Shown: positions 38,770 to 53,162, counted from the stretch's first letter. The stretch is DNA of 64,000 bases from Eledone cirrhosa (GCA_964016885.1 OZ024740.1:226052001-226116000), one strand, 5' to 3'. Made by a program: numbers and translations. Notes: a model not told the origin generated them from the sequence alone.

Positions 38770-38960
38770 AGATGGCTGTTGACTGTTATGAGTTCTTCCG
38801 TCTTTTGTCAGGTTTTGTTTTTTGTCTTGCAGGGTGTCCAAATATCATCCTCCTCACCAAGTAAACTTGGTGGGGTTGCCGGTTTAGTCGCCAACAACCT
38901 GACCATGCGACAGGTTGTACTAGGTTACATATTACATGTAGCACTCAAGAGTGACCTGAC
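38770..38960. repeat. Dispersed repeat, also at ~51865-52050; resembles a non-LTR (RTE-type) 5' region on the minus strand
   Basis: Shared CCTCCTCACCAAG..CTTGGTGGGGTTGCC.GTTTAGTCGCCAAC.ACC.GACCATG..CAGGTTGTACT..GTGACCTGACA. Confidence 0.7.
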
Positions 38961-39132
38961 ACTAGACATCTAGATGGGCTTAGCAACAACAGTAAGGACA
39001 TATTAATAAATAGGTAGACAGAAACCACAGTGGGGGGTTTGGAGTATCTCATACACAAACTCTGGATTTCCCTGACACATCAAAGGAAATACTCTCTCCT
39101 AATTCTTGCTACTTACTACTGTTGCATAATAA

Positions 39133-39848
39133 CGATTCTTTCTAACATTAGCAAAAGGCCAGCAATTCAGGGGTAGAAGAATGTTGATTACATTGACCCC
39201 AGTATGTGAATGGTATTTTATTTTATTGACCACAGAAGGTTTAATGGCAAAGTTGACCTTCGTGGTATTTGAACTCAGGACATATAATGCCCTAACCAAA
39301 TACTGCAAAGCACTTTTTTCAATGTTCTAATGACTCTGTCAATCGATCACTGTTGCATAATAATAATAATAAAAATAATAATGGTTTCTGATTTAGGCTA
39401 CAGCCAGCAATTTGGGAGAGAGGAAAGTCGATTAAATCAACTCCAGTGCGTGACTGGTACATTATCTTATCAACCTTTAAGGAGTTAAAGCAAAGCTAAC
39501 CTTGGCAGAATTTGAACTCAGAACATAAAGGGACAGAACTATACACTGCAAACCATTTTGTCTGATGCTCTACCAATACTGCCAATCCACTTCAGACACA
39601 AGGTCAGCAATTTAAAGGGAAGGGGAAAAGTCGATTATATCAAGGCCAGTGCATTACTGATACTTCATTTTATCGACCCCATTGCATTACTGATATTTTA
39701 ACGACCCCAGTGCATTACCAATATTTTATTTTATCGACCCCGTAAGGATGAAAGGCAAAGTCAACCTCGGCGGGATTTGAACTCAGATCGTAAAGGGACG
39801 TAACTATGCTAGAAAGCATGGCGTCCGATCCTCTACCGATATTGCCAA
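39133..39848 (-). mobile_element. Array of 3-4 SINE A copies, with an internal ~30-bp triplication at ~39650-39740
   Basis: Repeated tail/body/B-box motifs. TSD ACTGTTGCATAATAA at 39118 and 39349. Confidence 0.88.
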
Positions 39849-39874
39849 AAATAATGGATTGTTTTTATTCTGAC

Positions 39875-40620
39875 AATAATGGATTACTGGATATCAAGAT
39901 GTATCCTGCAGTCTTAGATATCTCATGCTTTTGTTATGGTTCATCTTACTGTGCCAAACAAACGAGCTTTTTGTAGTGTAAGAAAATCACCTCTATATCT
40001 AAAATGTTCATCCAACCATTTAAAATTATTGCAACTGTTTGGGATGATAACAAATTATTATTATTGTCGTTGTTGTTGGTATATATATTTTCAATAGTCT
40101 CATGCACTTCACATTCCTGTGATTGTTTATGGAGCAGTGATGAAGGTATTTTTGTTACACATGATTGGTTGTGATATGTAGTTAGTCTTATTGCTTCTTG
40201 CATTGTTTTAGTGTTACTCTTATATGCTGTGTGTTCTGTCTAGAAATGTTTACAGTATTGGACGATGGTTGTCAAAAATAGACATGCACTGTGTTTTTGA
40301 ATTGAAATTACTTTTTGTATTATGGTGTGCTGTGGGATTTGTGTTATTGACTTGAAAGTGCATTGTATGTAGAATGTGTGCTATGTCTAGTAGGGCTATT
40401 TTTGAATTGTATATCAGGTTGTGTCTTCTAAAATACTATTTATATTTTTGTGCATGCTCTTTTTTTATCATATCCAGTTCTATTGTATTGAGAGAAACCT
40501 CTGTAATATGTGTACAGTTTTTAGTAGCAGTATTTCTGTACGTTGTGTATTTATATGTTTCCTTGAGTTTTAGTAATTTATCTGTCTCATTTTGTTATCA
40601 TTCCCAAGGCACCAGTTTTA
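39875..40620 (-). mobile_element. Decayed R4/Dong-like 3' end(s)
   Basis: Minus strand GALGMITK...VQK.LLLKTVHILQRFLSIQ* (with frameshifts). A 3' UTR-like CTAAGACTGCAGGATACATCTTGATATCC lies near 39890-39920. Confidence 0.55.
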
Positions 40621-41451
40621 CTTTTTAGATATTTTCATTGGTATTATTAGTACAAATCTTTGTACATACATATAGAAAGACGACGCTAACTACAGTGAAA
40701 AAATAAATAAATAAATAAACAAGACATACAGCAAATTGTACATACTTCTCTATAATATTCTAAAAATTCATTTGCAAAACAAAATTAATTTTGTTTGACT
40801 TACCAGTTGGAAAATGTGCTATGTCTTATCAATGGCTTACTGTCAGAAAGTGATATGGAAGTAACAATGATTGAATCAACAATTGAAAAATCTATAAGAA
40901 ATACGAAGGACTACGCTAACACTATGAAGAAAAGTAAGAAAGAAAAATAGAAGAGATAGACAGAAAGAAAAGTAAGAAGAAAGAAAAAAGAAAAGACAGA
41001 TAGAAAAGAAAAGAAAAAGAGATTGAAACAAGCTGAAAAGAATGAAATCGATTAAATTCTTATGTAAAATTTGAAAGACTCCACGAAATGAAAAAAATGT
41101 AAGACTATTGTTGATTTATAACCAGTAGGCTATGTGGAGATACATTTTTTTAATAAAATAAATCATAAGATACACACATACATAACCAGTAGATGTTTGG
41201 TTTTAAATCATCATAATGTATATGATGGTGGTTTTCTAAACATGTCCTCATATTAATGTGTGTTCAAATCTGACTATAAACATTTTTTTTATTGATCTAC
41301 CATGTATTCAGATTTAGTCCTTTAGTTACCATACCCCTAATAAAAGATACAGCCTATTATTTTCAAATAATCTTTAAAATAATCAACAATTGGTGGGATT
41401 TATTAATATAACTAACTTTATCATTATTTAACTGATATTCTATCATATATA

Positions 41452-41730
41452 ATCTCTATTTATGGAATATATCATGTAAATACAGTTTAATAGAAAAAAA
41501 AGAAAGTTTAAATTGAGAAGAATGGAATGTAAAATAGGAAAATATAAAGAAAAAACAGAAAAAAGACCAGAACAGGGATGGAATGGCAAGGACTCTAGTA
41601 ACACAGAAGAATGGGGAAGGGAAGATAGGAGGATGATTGGGCCTAGGGTGTGGTGGTAGAGGGACTGCACCCTGCAGATAAGACCAGAAAAGCATTCCCG
41701 CCGACAATGGCCAGCAACACCCGCTCCAAC
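41452..41730 (-). repeat. Dispersed repeat, probably a LINE 3' UTR; second copy at 63165-63440 (+)
   Basis: Shared TGGCCATTGTC.GC.GGAATGCTTTT...ACTAGAGTCCTTGCCATTCC...TATTAAACTGTATTTACATGATATATTCCATAAATA. Confidence 0.75.
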
Positions 41731-42437
41731 AGCCACCCCACCTCGTGGGGCTCCTTCCTGATATTTGTAACATAACTTAAACGTTCTTACATAAAATTAT
41801 AATGGAAGGTTTTAAACAAATCGCCCCCTGTTTTACAATACTAGACTGGACACTCTAGTATTGTAAAACATGTTGTTTGATATCAAAAGAGTTAAATTCT
41901 CAAAAGTCCCTTCCCTACTTTTCATTCAAAGTCTTTCTGGTAAGTAAGACTTTGGCATACCTATGTGGCATACCTATGTGAAAATACATGTTACAATAAA
42001 ATAAAGAAAATATCTGTGTTGGTGTATTTCATGCAGCACATTCTGTTTTCATTAAACATCAATTTATGTTATGTATTTTACATGCATCTTTGTTCATGTG
42101 TATCACATGTACTTACATACATGACTTGCTGCTTTTCTGAACACCCTTAAATAAGATAAAAATTGATTACTTTTTCTTGATTGTCTCTTGGCCATAGTAT
42201 TTGAGACTTGAATATTACCTTCTACCTACACATTTGAAAACCTTAACATAACATTTTTATGCAAAATGACTACGTAGGTGTTACTATAAACCTTAAGTTA
42301 TTTTATGCAACAACAGTTATGCTATGAAAAGAATAATAACAGAATATGAGATATGCCTATGCCTATTAGTATGTGTGTGACTTTCAATATCATAAATATA
42401 TGTGTATCCAGCCTTTGCTGGTAGTGAAAAGAGATGT

Positions 42438-42475
<38 letters not shown>

Positions 42476-42921
42476 GAGTATCCCTTTGTTCTGAAAATAC
42501 CACCAAAGGTTTGGCCAGCCTGGCCTCCTCTTTTAAGAAAGGTCACATGATATCACAGGCAGAATTACTACTATAGTTAAATGTCTATGTCAACAGACTG
42601 AGCTTTGAATGAATACAAGGGAACAAAAACCTGTGGAAGACAAGAGCTTCAGTTCCATCTTGAAGATACATGCAGGATTTGTATTATGCAATTTGTGATG
42701 TAACTCCGAGGGTCCCAGAAACCTATTGAAGATTTTTATCAATTGTTATCGTTTCTAATCTACTTCAGATGGTCTGGGATAGTTTACAACCTTTTTGTAT
42801 TTATCTTTTTTGTGGAATAAGTATGACTACTGCATTTACTTGTTTTTCTAGGTGTCACACTTTATAACTGTTATGTATTACTCTGGATGTTAATGTTTAG
42901 CTTCTCGCTCCATTGAATCCA

Positions 42922-43147
42922 TAACATCACATGTCCATAACATCTCAGTCCATAACATCTTATCCCTCTTATACACAGCTTCTCTCTCAACTCATCTATA
43001 CTTGGTCGTTCATGCACATTGACATTGCACATCCAACAGAACATGCTTGCTTCATTTCTCTCCAGCCATCACATATCCTCTGTAGTTGCTGCCCATGTCT
43101 CACTGCCATGCAACATCGCGCGTCTCACACAGGCATCATATAACCAG
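42922..43147 (-). mobile_element. RTE subfamily A internal fragment
   Basis: Similar to 15130-15370 (LYDACV..MLHGSETW). Confidence 0.85.
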
Positions 43148-45364
43148 TATAAGTTTTGTGTAATCAGTTACAACAGTGATTATGACATGCTGAAGGAGTT
43201 AGAATAAACAACCCAACGAAACTTAAGTACCTGTATATGTCACTGTCCCAACTGGTTATATATATATCTTTATTTAGAGGTTATTTCACAATTGTATAAA
43301 TATTTGTCTAAACCCATGCTAGCGTGGAAGATAGACATTAAACGATGATGATGATGATTACAAATAAAAAACACACACAAGCAGATAATATACACATCTA
43401 GGACCACAAACAACAAAAGGAAAGCAAAAGGGGTGAACAAACGAACCACTACGAGAACAAAATATAAAGATATCGTGAGTAGCACTGGAAAACCCTTAAA
43501 TTTTTAGACAAGCCAGCATGTTCACGGTGTTACCTCATGTTATGGCGATGCCGACGCACTGGAACAGCTATGCGCCTTCACATGCATCACCAGTCACCTC
43601 GGTTAGGCAAGCCACCAGTGATGACAAGAACGTTGCAGAAAATTCTAGATGAAGTTAATATGTTGTCAGAAACCCTTTGTCATACAGAGTTTCTGGAAAT
43701 TCAAATTCAGTGTAACTCACAACTGAGAGTTTTACCTATCAAGTTTAATAGGAAAATATACTTAAAATATAAAGTCGACACTCAGTGGCTATTTGTTGTA
43801 GAAGCAGAATACTATTTGAATTATTTCGTCTTTCTTTTAAAATAATCAACAATAATCAAGAAACAATGATTGCTTTCAGTATATATATTTCTAAGGTAAT
43901 TTATTCGCTTTCATTTCCTCTATACTCACACAGTGATGCTACCTAAAAGATCTCATCTTGTCTTCAGTAAAATAATGCTTTGGGATAAATATATATGAAA
44001 ATGTTTGAAGAAAATCTAGAAAGAATGAGTGAATTTCACCTATTTTTCCCAGGAGTAATTTAAAGTTTTTGAAAGAGTCTTTTTGGGGTGGGGGTAGGGG
44101 GTATTTAATAAATAGAAAGTTTTTGCAGAAAATTCTGAGAGAAAATTATCTCAAGATTTTAGGTCCCTGTTTGCAAACCTTTAATAGGGACCTTTGAGAC
44201 TATTAAGAGGGAGAAATTTATCCTCAAATTAGACCTGAGGTAAAATCTTGCACCTGAGTGGATGCAGTTAAAGGAACCCAGGAGCCTGGTTCTGGTGATA
44301 GATTAAGTCTACCTCTGATGTAGGTCACAAAAGGATTTGAACTCAGTATGTAGTGAGCTGGAATAAGTACTACACTATTCTAACAATTCCTTCAAACCAA
44401 CCCCTTGGACTGTTACTCTTTTTTTGTTGATCTTGAAAGGCCATGTTGAACTCAGTGTTGAGAACTGGAACACACATCACAATGTATTTTGGCCTATGGG
44501 CTAACAATTCTGCCAATTCACCATCTAGGTATCTGTATGCAACTATTCATATTTTAAATATACATTTGCTATAGTTGAACAAGTTCAACAAATCATCCAT
44601 ACAGAAAATACATGTTAAAAAGATCTTTTCTCTGAATTTCTGTTTGATTTTATTTGGTTTAGAGTTGAAGATAATTTTACATATACTAGAGGGGGATTTC
44701 TCCATTTCACTATAAAAATCATCTAGACTAGTTATGATTTCTAGTTGAAGTCATTAACATCACCAAGATACTTTGAAAAACATAAATATTACAATTTTCT
44801 GTTAACGTTCTCTTCCTTAACCAGCTGACATTGTACTTATGTATACTACTAATACTACTATTGTTACTACTACTGCTGCTGTTGCTACCATCACCTATAA
44901 TCAAGTTTGACTTGGTTGAGTAAAATATCATGTGGTATATAATCACAGCTGTATATGTTACGAATTCAAGTTCTACTAAGCTCAACTTTGCCTTATATAT
45001 ATATTTGTAAATTTCAACTGTTTACTGAATTCTCTCCTATGTTGCCATATCCACTTGCTGACAGATTAACATTACCAGAAGAGTGAATTTGGTGCAACTG
45101 GCAATAAGCCAGTTTAGATACATTATGTTATTAAATTTGGTACCTCACTGGGATGATTTCAATTCATGCTGGAGCTGACTTTGGCTTCCATCCTTCCAAA
45201 ATCAATTAAATAGTTCCAATAATATTCACACTGTCCTTAGAAATTATTTTCCAAGTCCTTTTTAAATTGTTGCTTCAAAAGGATTATTTGCATTATTGTA
45301 AACAGGTTTATATGAATGTAGAAATATGTGTATTTATTTACATACCACACACACGTGCACACTC

Positions 45365-45585
45365 ACGTGTACATACAGAGGCATACACACATGCACAGAT
45401 GTGTACAATCACACACACACTCGCACACATGCACAAACACTCAAACACACATATATAATATACATACACACACACGTGTACATACAGAAGCATACACACA
45501 TGCACAGATGTGCACAATCCCTCACACACTCGCACACATGCACAAACACTCAAACACAAGTATATAATACACATACACACACTCA
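45365..45585. repeat. About 109-bp tandem duplication in a CA-rich tract
   Basis: CACGTGTACATACAGA.GCATACACACATGCACAGATGTG...CAAACACTCAAACAC occurs twice. Confidence 0.8.
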
Positions 45586-46172
45586 CATGTGCACTCACAT
45601 ACATGCATATGCACACAAACACACACATACAACACACACATACACAATAAAAACAGGCAAATATTAACTGAATGACCACTCGGTACATATGAACAAAATA
45701 TAGATTTTAGTTATGAATGAAAAATGGGGCACAGATTTTGAAGTTTCTCCAGGAAGGAGAGTTGTATGTATGTACACATACATACATTGTATTAGTCTGT
45801 TAGTGTGATTTAAAAAAACAACCCTGAATGGAAAAACGGATGAGCATTGACGTACATGGAACACAAACCCACATCTTTGCTTTGCCGGATCAATGTGTTA
45901 CCATTTCACCAACACACACCCCATGCTCCCTTCCATTCAATTAGAAGTGATATAACCATAGCAGGTATATATATATATATCTGTGTATAAATAGCGAGAC
46001 ACAAAGAAGGCTTTGTTTACAAACGGCTAGCGAATTTGAAAATTAGGTATTAACATGTGCTTATGCGATTCTTCCTTTCTCTGGAAGAAATCTCCACCAG
46101 GCTTAAAATGCCCAAGAAATGCAGTATGTCAATACGTCACCCCTATGACTCTATCAGAAGTTACACGATCAT

Positions 46173-46217
<45 letters not shown>

Positions 46218-46965
46218 AAATATATCAAAATAAAGATCCGAATGCATGGTATAAATATTAATATTGCTAACAAAAGTTTATTGGACCGTATGACACAACC
46301 AATAATACACCTTACTATATGTTATTTCCATTTGGAAACCATGTTTATTCCCTTTCAGAAACTAATTAGTTGGAGTGAAATTTTAGTAAATAAGTTAATT
46401 TTTATAATTTTCTTATTTTACGTCTTTCATATAATTGTTCTGCATCCCCCTGCATTGACCCACACACAAAGTTACTAAGACAAAACCTATATATTTGCTA
46501 GCATAGGTATGCATCTGTATATATATGTTGGTAGATATACTAATTCCTTATAATTATCTCTAAATTATTTTGTTGAGCAAAAATTTGCCAAAGCTGCTAC
46601 TATAGTTCATAGTAATAGCTTGGCTACTGTCTTTTTAACACCTCACTGATTAACCTCGATGTCATGTGATTGATTCTTTTGGATTTGCCACCGACCAAGT
46701 AGGCAGTGACTTTTTCAATATTTTGGAATTTAGTCCACGCTTGCTTTTTTCCATCCATTGAATTATTTTCGTATAAGTTCCCTGTGTCCACGCATCGCCT
46801 GAGATCTTAGCTGAGAACGACTTCCTGATGACGAAATGGCTTCTCCATGCTTTCCATTTGGAAACCATGTTTATTCCCTTTCAGAAACTAATTAGTTGGA
46901 TTGAAATTTTAGTAAATAAGTTAATTTTTATAATTTTCTTATTTTACGTCTTTCATATATATATA

Positions 46966-47540
46966 TCATCATCATCATCATCATCAACGTTTAACGTCCG
47001 TGTTCCACGCTTGCATGGGTTTGGACGGGGGTAGTCCCACTTGAGGCAAGAGTGATTGTCTTGCTCGCATAGGACTATCTGGCAGGTTTTCTACAGTTGG
47101 ATGCCCTTCCTAACACCAACCACATTTACAGTGTGGGTCTGGGAGGTTTTTACCGTGTTGCCTACACGGCCACATTACAGCGTGGACTGTGTGTTTTTTT
47201 GTCGTGACACCTACACGATCTCATTTGTTTCGGCCCGGATGGCGTGGCACCAACATAACTTTACATAGAACGGGGTGGTGTGGGGGTGGTGGGGGTGGGA
47301 CGGGGTGTATTTTGTTAGAGATGCCTACTGGCTGTAGTAGGTTTTACTATGTATTTAGGTAAGGCGGGTCTTCTCTGTTACTGAGTACCGCCAAAGGTCT
47401 CGGTCCAGTGACATTGTCTTGGAGAGGTGTAAGTGTGTGATGTCGGAGTTTATCAGCTCGTCCCAGGTTTTTCTAGGTCTGCCTATTCCGTGGCTACCGT
47501 CTATCTTTATTGCCCTGCACTTTGTTATACAGCTATCGAC

Positions 47541-47545
<5 letters not shown>
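46966..47545 (-). mobile_element. RTE subfamily B 3' end
   Basis: MKVDSCITKCRAIKIDGSHGIGRPRKTW plus the full 3' UTR; matches 8630-9210. Confidence 0.93.
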
Positions 47546-47617
<72 letters not shown>

Positions 47618-48624
47618 CAGAGAGAGATGTATATGGTTATATACTTGAAAAGATTCATTAACTAGTTATACTGTTATAGGAATGAAAAATCATGAGACAG
47701 TAGTTCCTGAAAACCACCTACCTCCCTCTGTCTTCACCCCTTACCTTGTCCTGCCAACCATATAAAGTAAAAATAACATCAGACATTTCATTCTTTTCTT
47801 ACCAGGTTTAGAACTGAAGTTTAGTTTTAAATCTCACCAGAAATGAAACAAGGTATATATAATAGATTAATCTACTAGCGATCAGGCTAATTGACCTCAG
47901 TGCATTAACTTTGGTGGGATTTGAACTCAGAAAATAAAGAGCTGAAACAAACATTACTAAGTATTTGTCAGATGCTCTAACAATTCTGGCAATCCACTAT
48001 TGGTTTGATAAAAGTTTAACTATCAAAAATGTAGAAATTGTTACTTTGTTGCCTATGATGTATTGTATGACCCATAGCTAGCAATGTCTGAATCCAGCTA
48101 ACTACAAATAAGTACAATAGAGTTCTGCAGCCTAAGAAGATCCCTGTGTAATCAGCAAGTGTTTTGTAAGACTGCAGTACTGAGTTGGAAGATTTCCTGA
48201 GGGTGTTGATGTGAAAATTAAGTTTTAACAAGCTTCCTTGCCTTAAAGTCATGAATATATCCCTTTATAATGGTGCCCTTCAGACCTAATAAGCATACAA
48301 ACTCATCATGGCTACACACTCCAGTTCTCTTCTCAGATTTTGTAAAGGTGAGAGTAAAACATAAATGGTTCATTGCTATTATATCACTTTATAGCATATA
48401 TAGTAATGTCTCTTTATATTCTGAGTTCAAATACTGCCAAGGTTAGCTTTGCCTTTCATCCTTTCAGAGTTGATAAAATAAAGTATCAGACATTCTCCTT
48501 CCCCAAATTGTTTGCCTTGTGCCTAAATCATTATATTACTTTACTGCATGTACTAGGTTCATTTTATCAAGATGTCAACACAAAAATCCTGTCTCAGCAG
48601 AAATCAACTCAACAATTGATCTCC

Positions 48625-49655
48625 ACGGGGCTCCGTTATTCATTGCCGCTGCCTAGTCCTGGATTTCAATACAAGAATCTCTGGAGATGACATCGGGATA
48701 GAAGAGCTTACGCCCCCTGTTATTAGTGACTGCTTGTGTTTTCCAAAGCATTAGTGAGGTGGAACGATGGCAGTGACCAGCAAATCTTACACTCCTTTTA
48801 TGTACAATGAGAGATGTGCATGTGAGGCTGGCATATATTTCTTTCAAAGTCAGATGTTGCCAGCTTCTGTTCTGAATGCGTCAAAGTAGGCAAGTGTAGG
48901 TGCCACCAAGGCGCTTTTGTTGTTTGGATGAAAGCGTCCATGTTTCACTTCCATATAGTAAGATTGATTGAATTGTTACTTGGAAGAGACTGATTTTGGT
49001 GTGGTTGGAAAGATTTGAGTGCCAAACTCAATCCATCATGTTGAAAGCTGACCATGCTTGGGCTTTTCTGGTGGCAAAATCCTTCCGAGAGTCCATGATC
49101 CAGGAGCCAAGATACTTGAAATCCTCGACATGCTTGATATTACTGCTGTTGATTGCTTTGATGTTTCTGCCTGTATAGTTTTATATGTACTTTGTTTTAC
49201 CGTCATTGAGATGAAAACCAACGAGGGCGGCTGCTTCCTGGAGAGATGTCAAATCTTTTTGCACGTTTTCTAGGCAATCTGCAAGAAGTGCAATGTCATC
49301 CACAAAGTCAAGGTCTCAGAGTGTAGTCTAGTGCAATGATAAAAAGAAATGGGACAAGAGTGTCACCCTGCAGCACTCCAGCTGAGATGTCAAAGAACTC
49401 TGTTGGGCCATCAGTGGTGATGATAGTGGTACTTGTGTTGAGATACAGAGCCTTAATTGCTTCCACAAGTCTTGCTGGGATGTCATACAAGGGTAGAATT
49501 TCAAACAGAATGTCTCTGTTTATGCTGTCAAAAGCTTTTCTAAAGTCAACAAAAACTAGATTTGTCTGTTGGAGTTTCTCATCTCTTCCACTATTCTTCT
49601 CAAGGCCAAAATCTGTACAACTGTAGATCTACCAAGCCTAGAACCGTTTTGATGA
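48625..49655 (-). mobile_element. RTE/RTEX-like LINE reverse transcriptase, pseudogenised
   Basis: FVDFRKAFDSI, GVLQGDTLVPFLFII, DFVDDIALL, EDFKYLGSW, LLYGSETWTL, RFAGHCHR. Confidence 0.9.
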
Positions 49656-50460
49656 TGTTATATCTGTTCTCTCAAGTCTAAACTGCCTATAAGTGTGGTT
49701 TAAATATGACTGAAGGCCAAAAGATTAAATGTGGAAAGTGTATGAATATGAGTGTAAAGGGGGATAAATGATATGTTTATAGGGAAGTGAGAGGGACAAT
49801 AATAGCTACATGCTAGCTGTGACTAGAAAGGACTTTGAGCATTAAGGGAGAGTCATTGAAGGTGGGAGCTAGGTTAAAATTTGTCCAAAATCCAGAGGGT
49901 CACCAAATCAAATCTTAACCATGTGTTATTGTATTAAATGATAGAGAGTATTGGATGGGATGCCAGCCTATCATAAGATTAACTCCAACTACTACTAGTA
50001 TTCATTTTACAGCTAAGGGAACTGAAGCAATGTGAAAATAAAGTATCTTGCTCAAGAACACAATGCACTGCCTGATTATGAATGAAACCCACAACTTTGA
50101 GTGTGAGCCTGACAATCTAGCCACTAGGCTGGACACCTTCAATGCTGGATAACATCAATCTATATATAAATTTGAGTAACTTCCGTCCGTCTATCACACA
50201 ATGTGTGTTTTTGTGTCAATGCATGTGCGTGTAAAAGGAAAGAATGGGATGGTGTAAAAGCTATAGCAGAACAGTGGTTGGCGTTCTATTTGCTACACAG
50301 TGTGTGACTGCATGTGTGTGTTTGGGTAAATGTATGTGTGTGTTTGTGTGAATGTATGTCTGAGAGTGTTCATTTTTGTAAGTGTGCATGTGTTTGCATG
50401 TTTATATCTATATACTCATACATACAAATGTATGCATATGCACATATACACATGCAAACA

Positions 50461-50495
50461 CATGATGAAGGACTAGTGTCCGAAACATTAAGACC
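50461..50495 (+). ncRNA. Degenerate hammerhead-like motif
   Basis: aTGATGA-A-GGAC(TAGT)GTCC-GAAAC-ATTA, the same family as 23288-23324. C3 is mutated. Confidence 0.35.
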
Positions 50496-51380
50496 CTCTT
50501 CCTGCTATTTCAAGCGTTAACCTAATATATTCCTTTCATATACCGATCGTGTTGTTATTTCTGTTTACCTTTTATACGTCAGCATAAACGTCGGCATGTT
50601 GAAAAAAATCCTAGTAATAAAAACAACAGCCAGAAGTTTTCTTGCTTAACAGTTTATATTTTTCCTGAATAGACCATTCTGCTATATAATAAGTTATATC
50701 TAGATTAAGTAACCAATTAATTATAATGTCTCATTAAGAAAAAAACACTGTTAAATATGTATATGTGTGATTATATAACAATATAGCAGTATGGTAGTAT
50801 GTTTCTTTGTAACATTGTGTGTGATTAAGTAACTATATATGTTTGACAGTTTGTTTATATGTGTTTTGTTATTGTATATATGAGTGAGATTTTGTGATTA
50901 GATAACTATTTGTATACAGCAGTGTCTGTGTGTGTAAATGTGTGATTATATAAATATCTGTATGTGTATTATCAAAAGCAACAAATTTGCAGAATCCTCA
51001 AAGGGTTACACAGAATGCTTTGTGGTATTCGTCTAGATTTCTGTGCTCTAAATTCAAATCTTGTTGCATTCTACTTTGTCTTTCATTCTTACAAGTTTAA
51101 TAAACAAAGTACCAGTCTAATACTAATAGTGGCGTTGATTTTCTTCCTTTCTCTCTGTCACTTTCTCTCCCTCTCTGTTACTCTGCCTGCAATGTTATTC
51201 CCCTTTGTGTGTGTGCGTGGTGTGTGTGTGCGTGGTGTGTGTGTGTGTCTCTCTCTCTGAAAGAAAAGCCATCAGGTTTAAAATGCCAAAGACAGCACAT
51301 TTATGATTCCATTAGGAGTTAAGCCCATGGATAAATGGATGGATATGTATTGCGGATGAATGATTAAACAATCCTCTCTC

Positions 51381-51430
<50 letters not shown>

Positions 51431-51439
51431 CATACATAC

Positions 51440-52047
51440 ATGGTGGCTGCCAACTCGTTTTCGAGTACGGCCACTACTTTATATCCATATAGGAGAACCC
51501 CTACCGATGCGCTGAACGAGTGTGACTTTTTAGTCCAGCCAGCGACTTGAAAACTCTGGTACAAACACTACACTTGTGACAAATATTGACACATAGTGCT
51601 GGGCCCATGGTACCCTGTGACGACAAGTGCAGAGAGATCTCCAGATATAAAGCAATGCCTGTGCCGTGAAGCTTTTATAGTGAGCAAAGGCACTGCACAA
51701 AGCCAGTCCCACTCTCTTAACCAAGATGATATTTACCAAAAAGAAGAACAAGTCAACATCATTGGATACCATCAGAGTTGCAGGTGTTATATCAGAGTTT
51801 TCCTTCTCCTAGAATTCTGCCTTGACAAAGGCTAAAGGGTCATCTCTCCCGGTGATTTTGGATGGCCATTGACTCTTAAGAGCTCCTTTTCCCTTTGACA
51901 GGTCTTGTTTTTAGTCCTGCAGGATGTCCAAAGTCACCCTCCTCACCAAGAAACCTTGGTGGGGTTGCCAGTTTAGTCGCCAACGACCCGACCATGGGTC
52001 AGGTTGTACTGGGATACATGTTACCAGTAGCACCAACTGGTGACCTG

Positions 52048-52050
<3 letters not shown>
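51440..52050 (-). mobile_element. Probable non-LTR element 5' region / non-autonomous derivative
   Basis: CpG-richer block containing TTTCCTTCTCCTAGA..TGCCTT..CAAAGGCTAAAG; shares ~190 bp with 38770-38960. Confidence 0.5.
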
Positions 52051-52079
<29 letters not shown>

Positions 52080-53162
52080 TTACACACACACATTTAAGTT
52101 TATTTATATAAGTGTATGAGACACAGTGTGAGTCTGTGCGATTATATAACTTTCTGAAAACAGCAGTTTATATATTTGTTCATATGTCATTGTGTATGTG
52201 TGTTGATATAATGGTGAGGTCAACTTTGCCTTTCATCCTTTCAAGTACCAGTTTAGTACTGGGGTCAATTCTTCCTCTCTCTCACATTCTATCCTACTTC
52301 GGAAAAAAATCTGTCTTTATATTGCTGTTTATTAATATTTGTGTATGTGTGTGATTAAATAATTATATTTCGTTTCTGAATTTTGTTTAGCAAGATTCTT
52401 TATCTGAAAATGTGTGTTGAAACCGATATTGTTATACTTTGGGAGGGTCATGTTGCCAATAAGAAACACACGCACCAGTTGTTTTCACTCCAATTTATTA
52501 TAGATTAAATTATAAATTTAAATTTTAAAATTTATAAATTTCCGGTTGGTTGGTTGGTTCCACAATCGGACGGTTGTTCATATATTATCAAAGTTCTTTC
52601 GTCACAAATTCTGTGGCCTGTTCAGTGACTGGGGATTTTTTTCTTTGTTTTGTTCCTCTTCATCTTGTTTTGTGCGTGTTGTCAACACACACAAAAACAA
52701 GATGTGTGTGATTATAATTTTGCGTGTGTATGTATCACAATGTGTGATTATAATTGAGTGTATGTATGTATCACTGTGTATATGTGATTATATAAGTATA
52801 TTTGTGTGTGTAAAAATCACTATGTGTATGATTATATAACTACCTGTATATAGCAGTGTATTTATGTGTGTGATTGCATATCTATCTGTGTATAGCAGTG
52901 TATTTATGGGTGCATGTAAAATTGTATGTGTATGTGTGTGATTATTTAACTATCTGTATATAGCAGTTTGTGTGTGTGTGCATGTCGATTTGTCTGTATG
53001 CAAGTATGTGTGTGTGTGTGCACGCGCGTGTGTGTGTGTGAGAGAGAGAGAGAGAGATTATATATATCTATCTGTATACACCAGTTTACATGTATGTATA
53101 TGACATTGTGTGCATTACATGTGTGTTTGTTTAAGATTATATAACTATCTATATACAGCAGT

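Noticed and set aside
48625-49655. Active reverse transcriptase or retron-like system
   Set aside because: Multiple frameshifts and stops; an ordinary dead non-LTR fragment.
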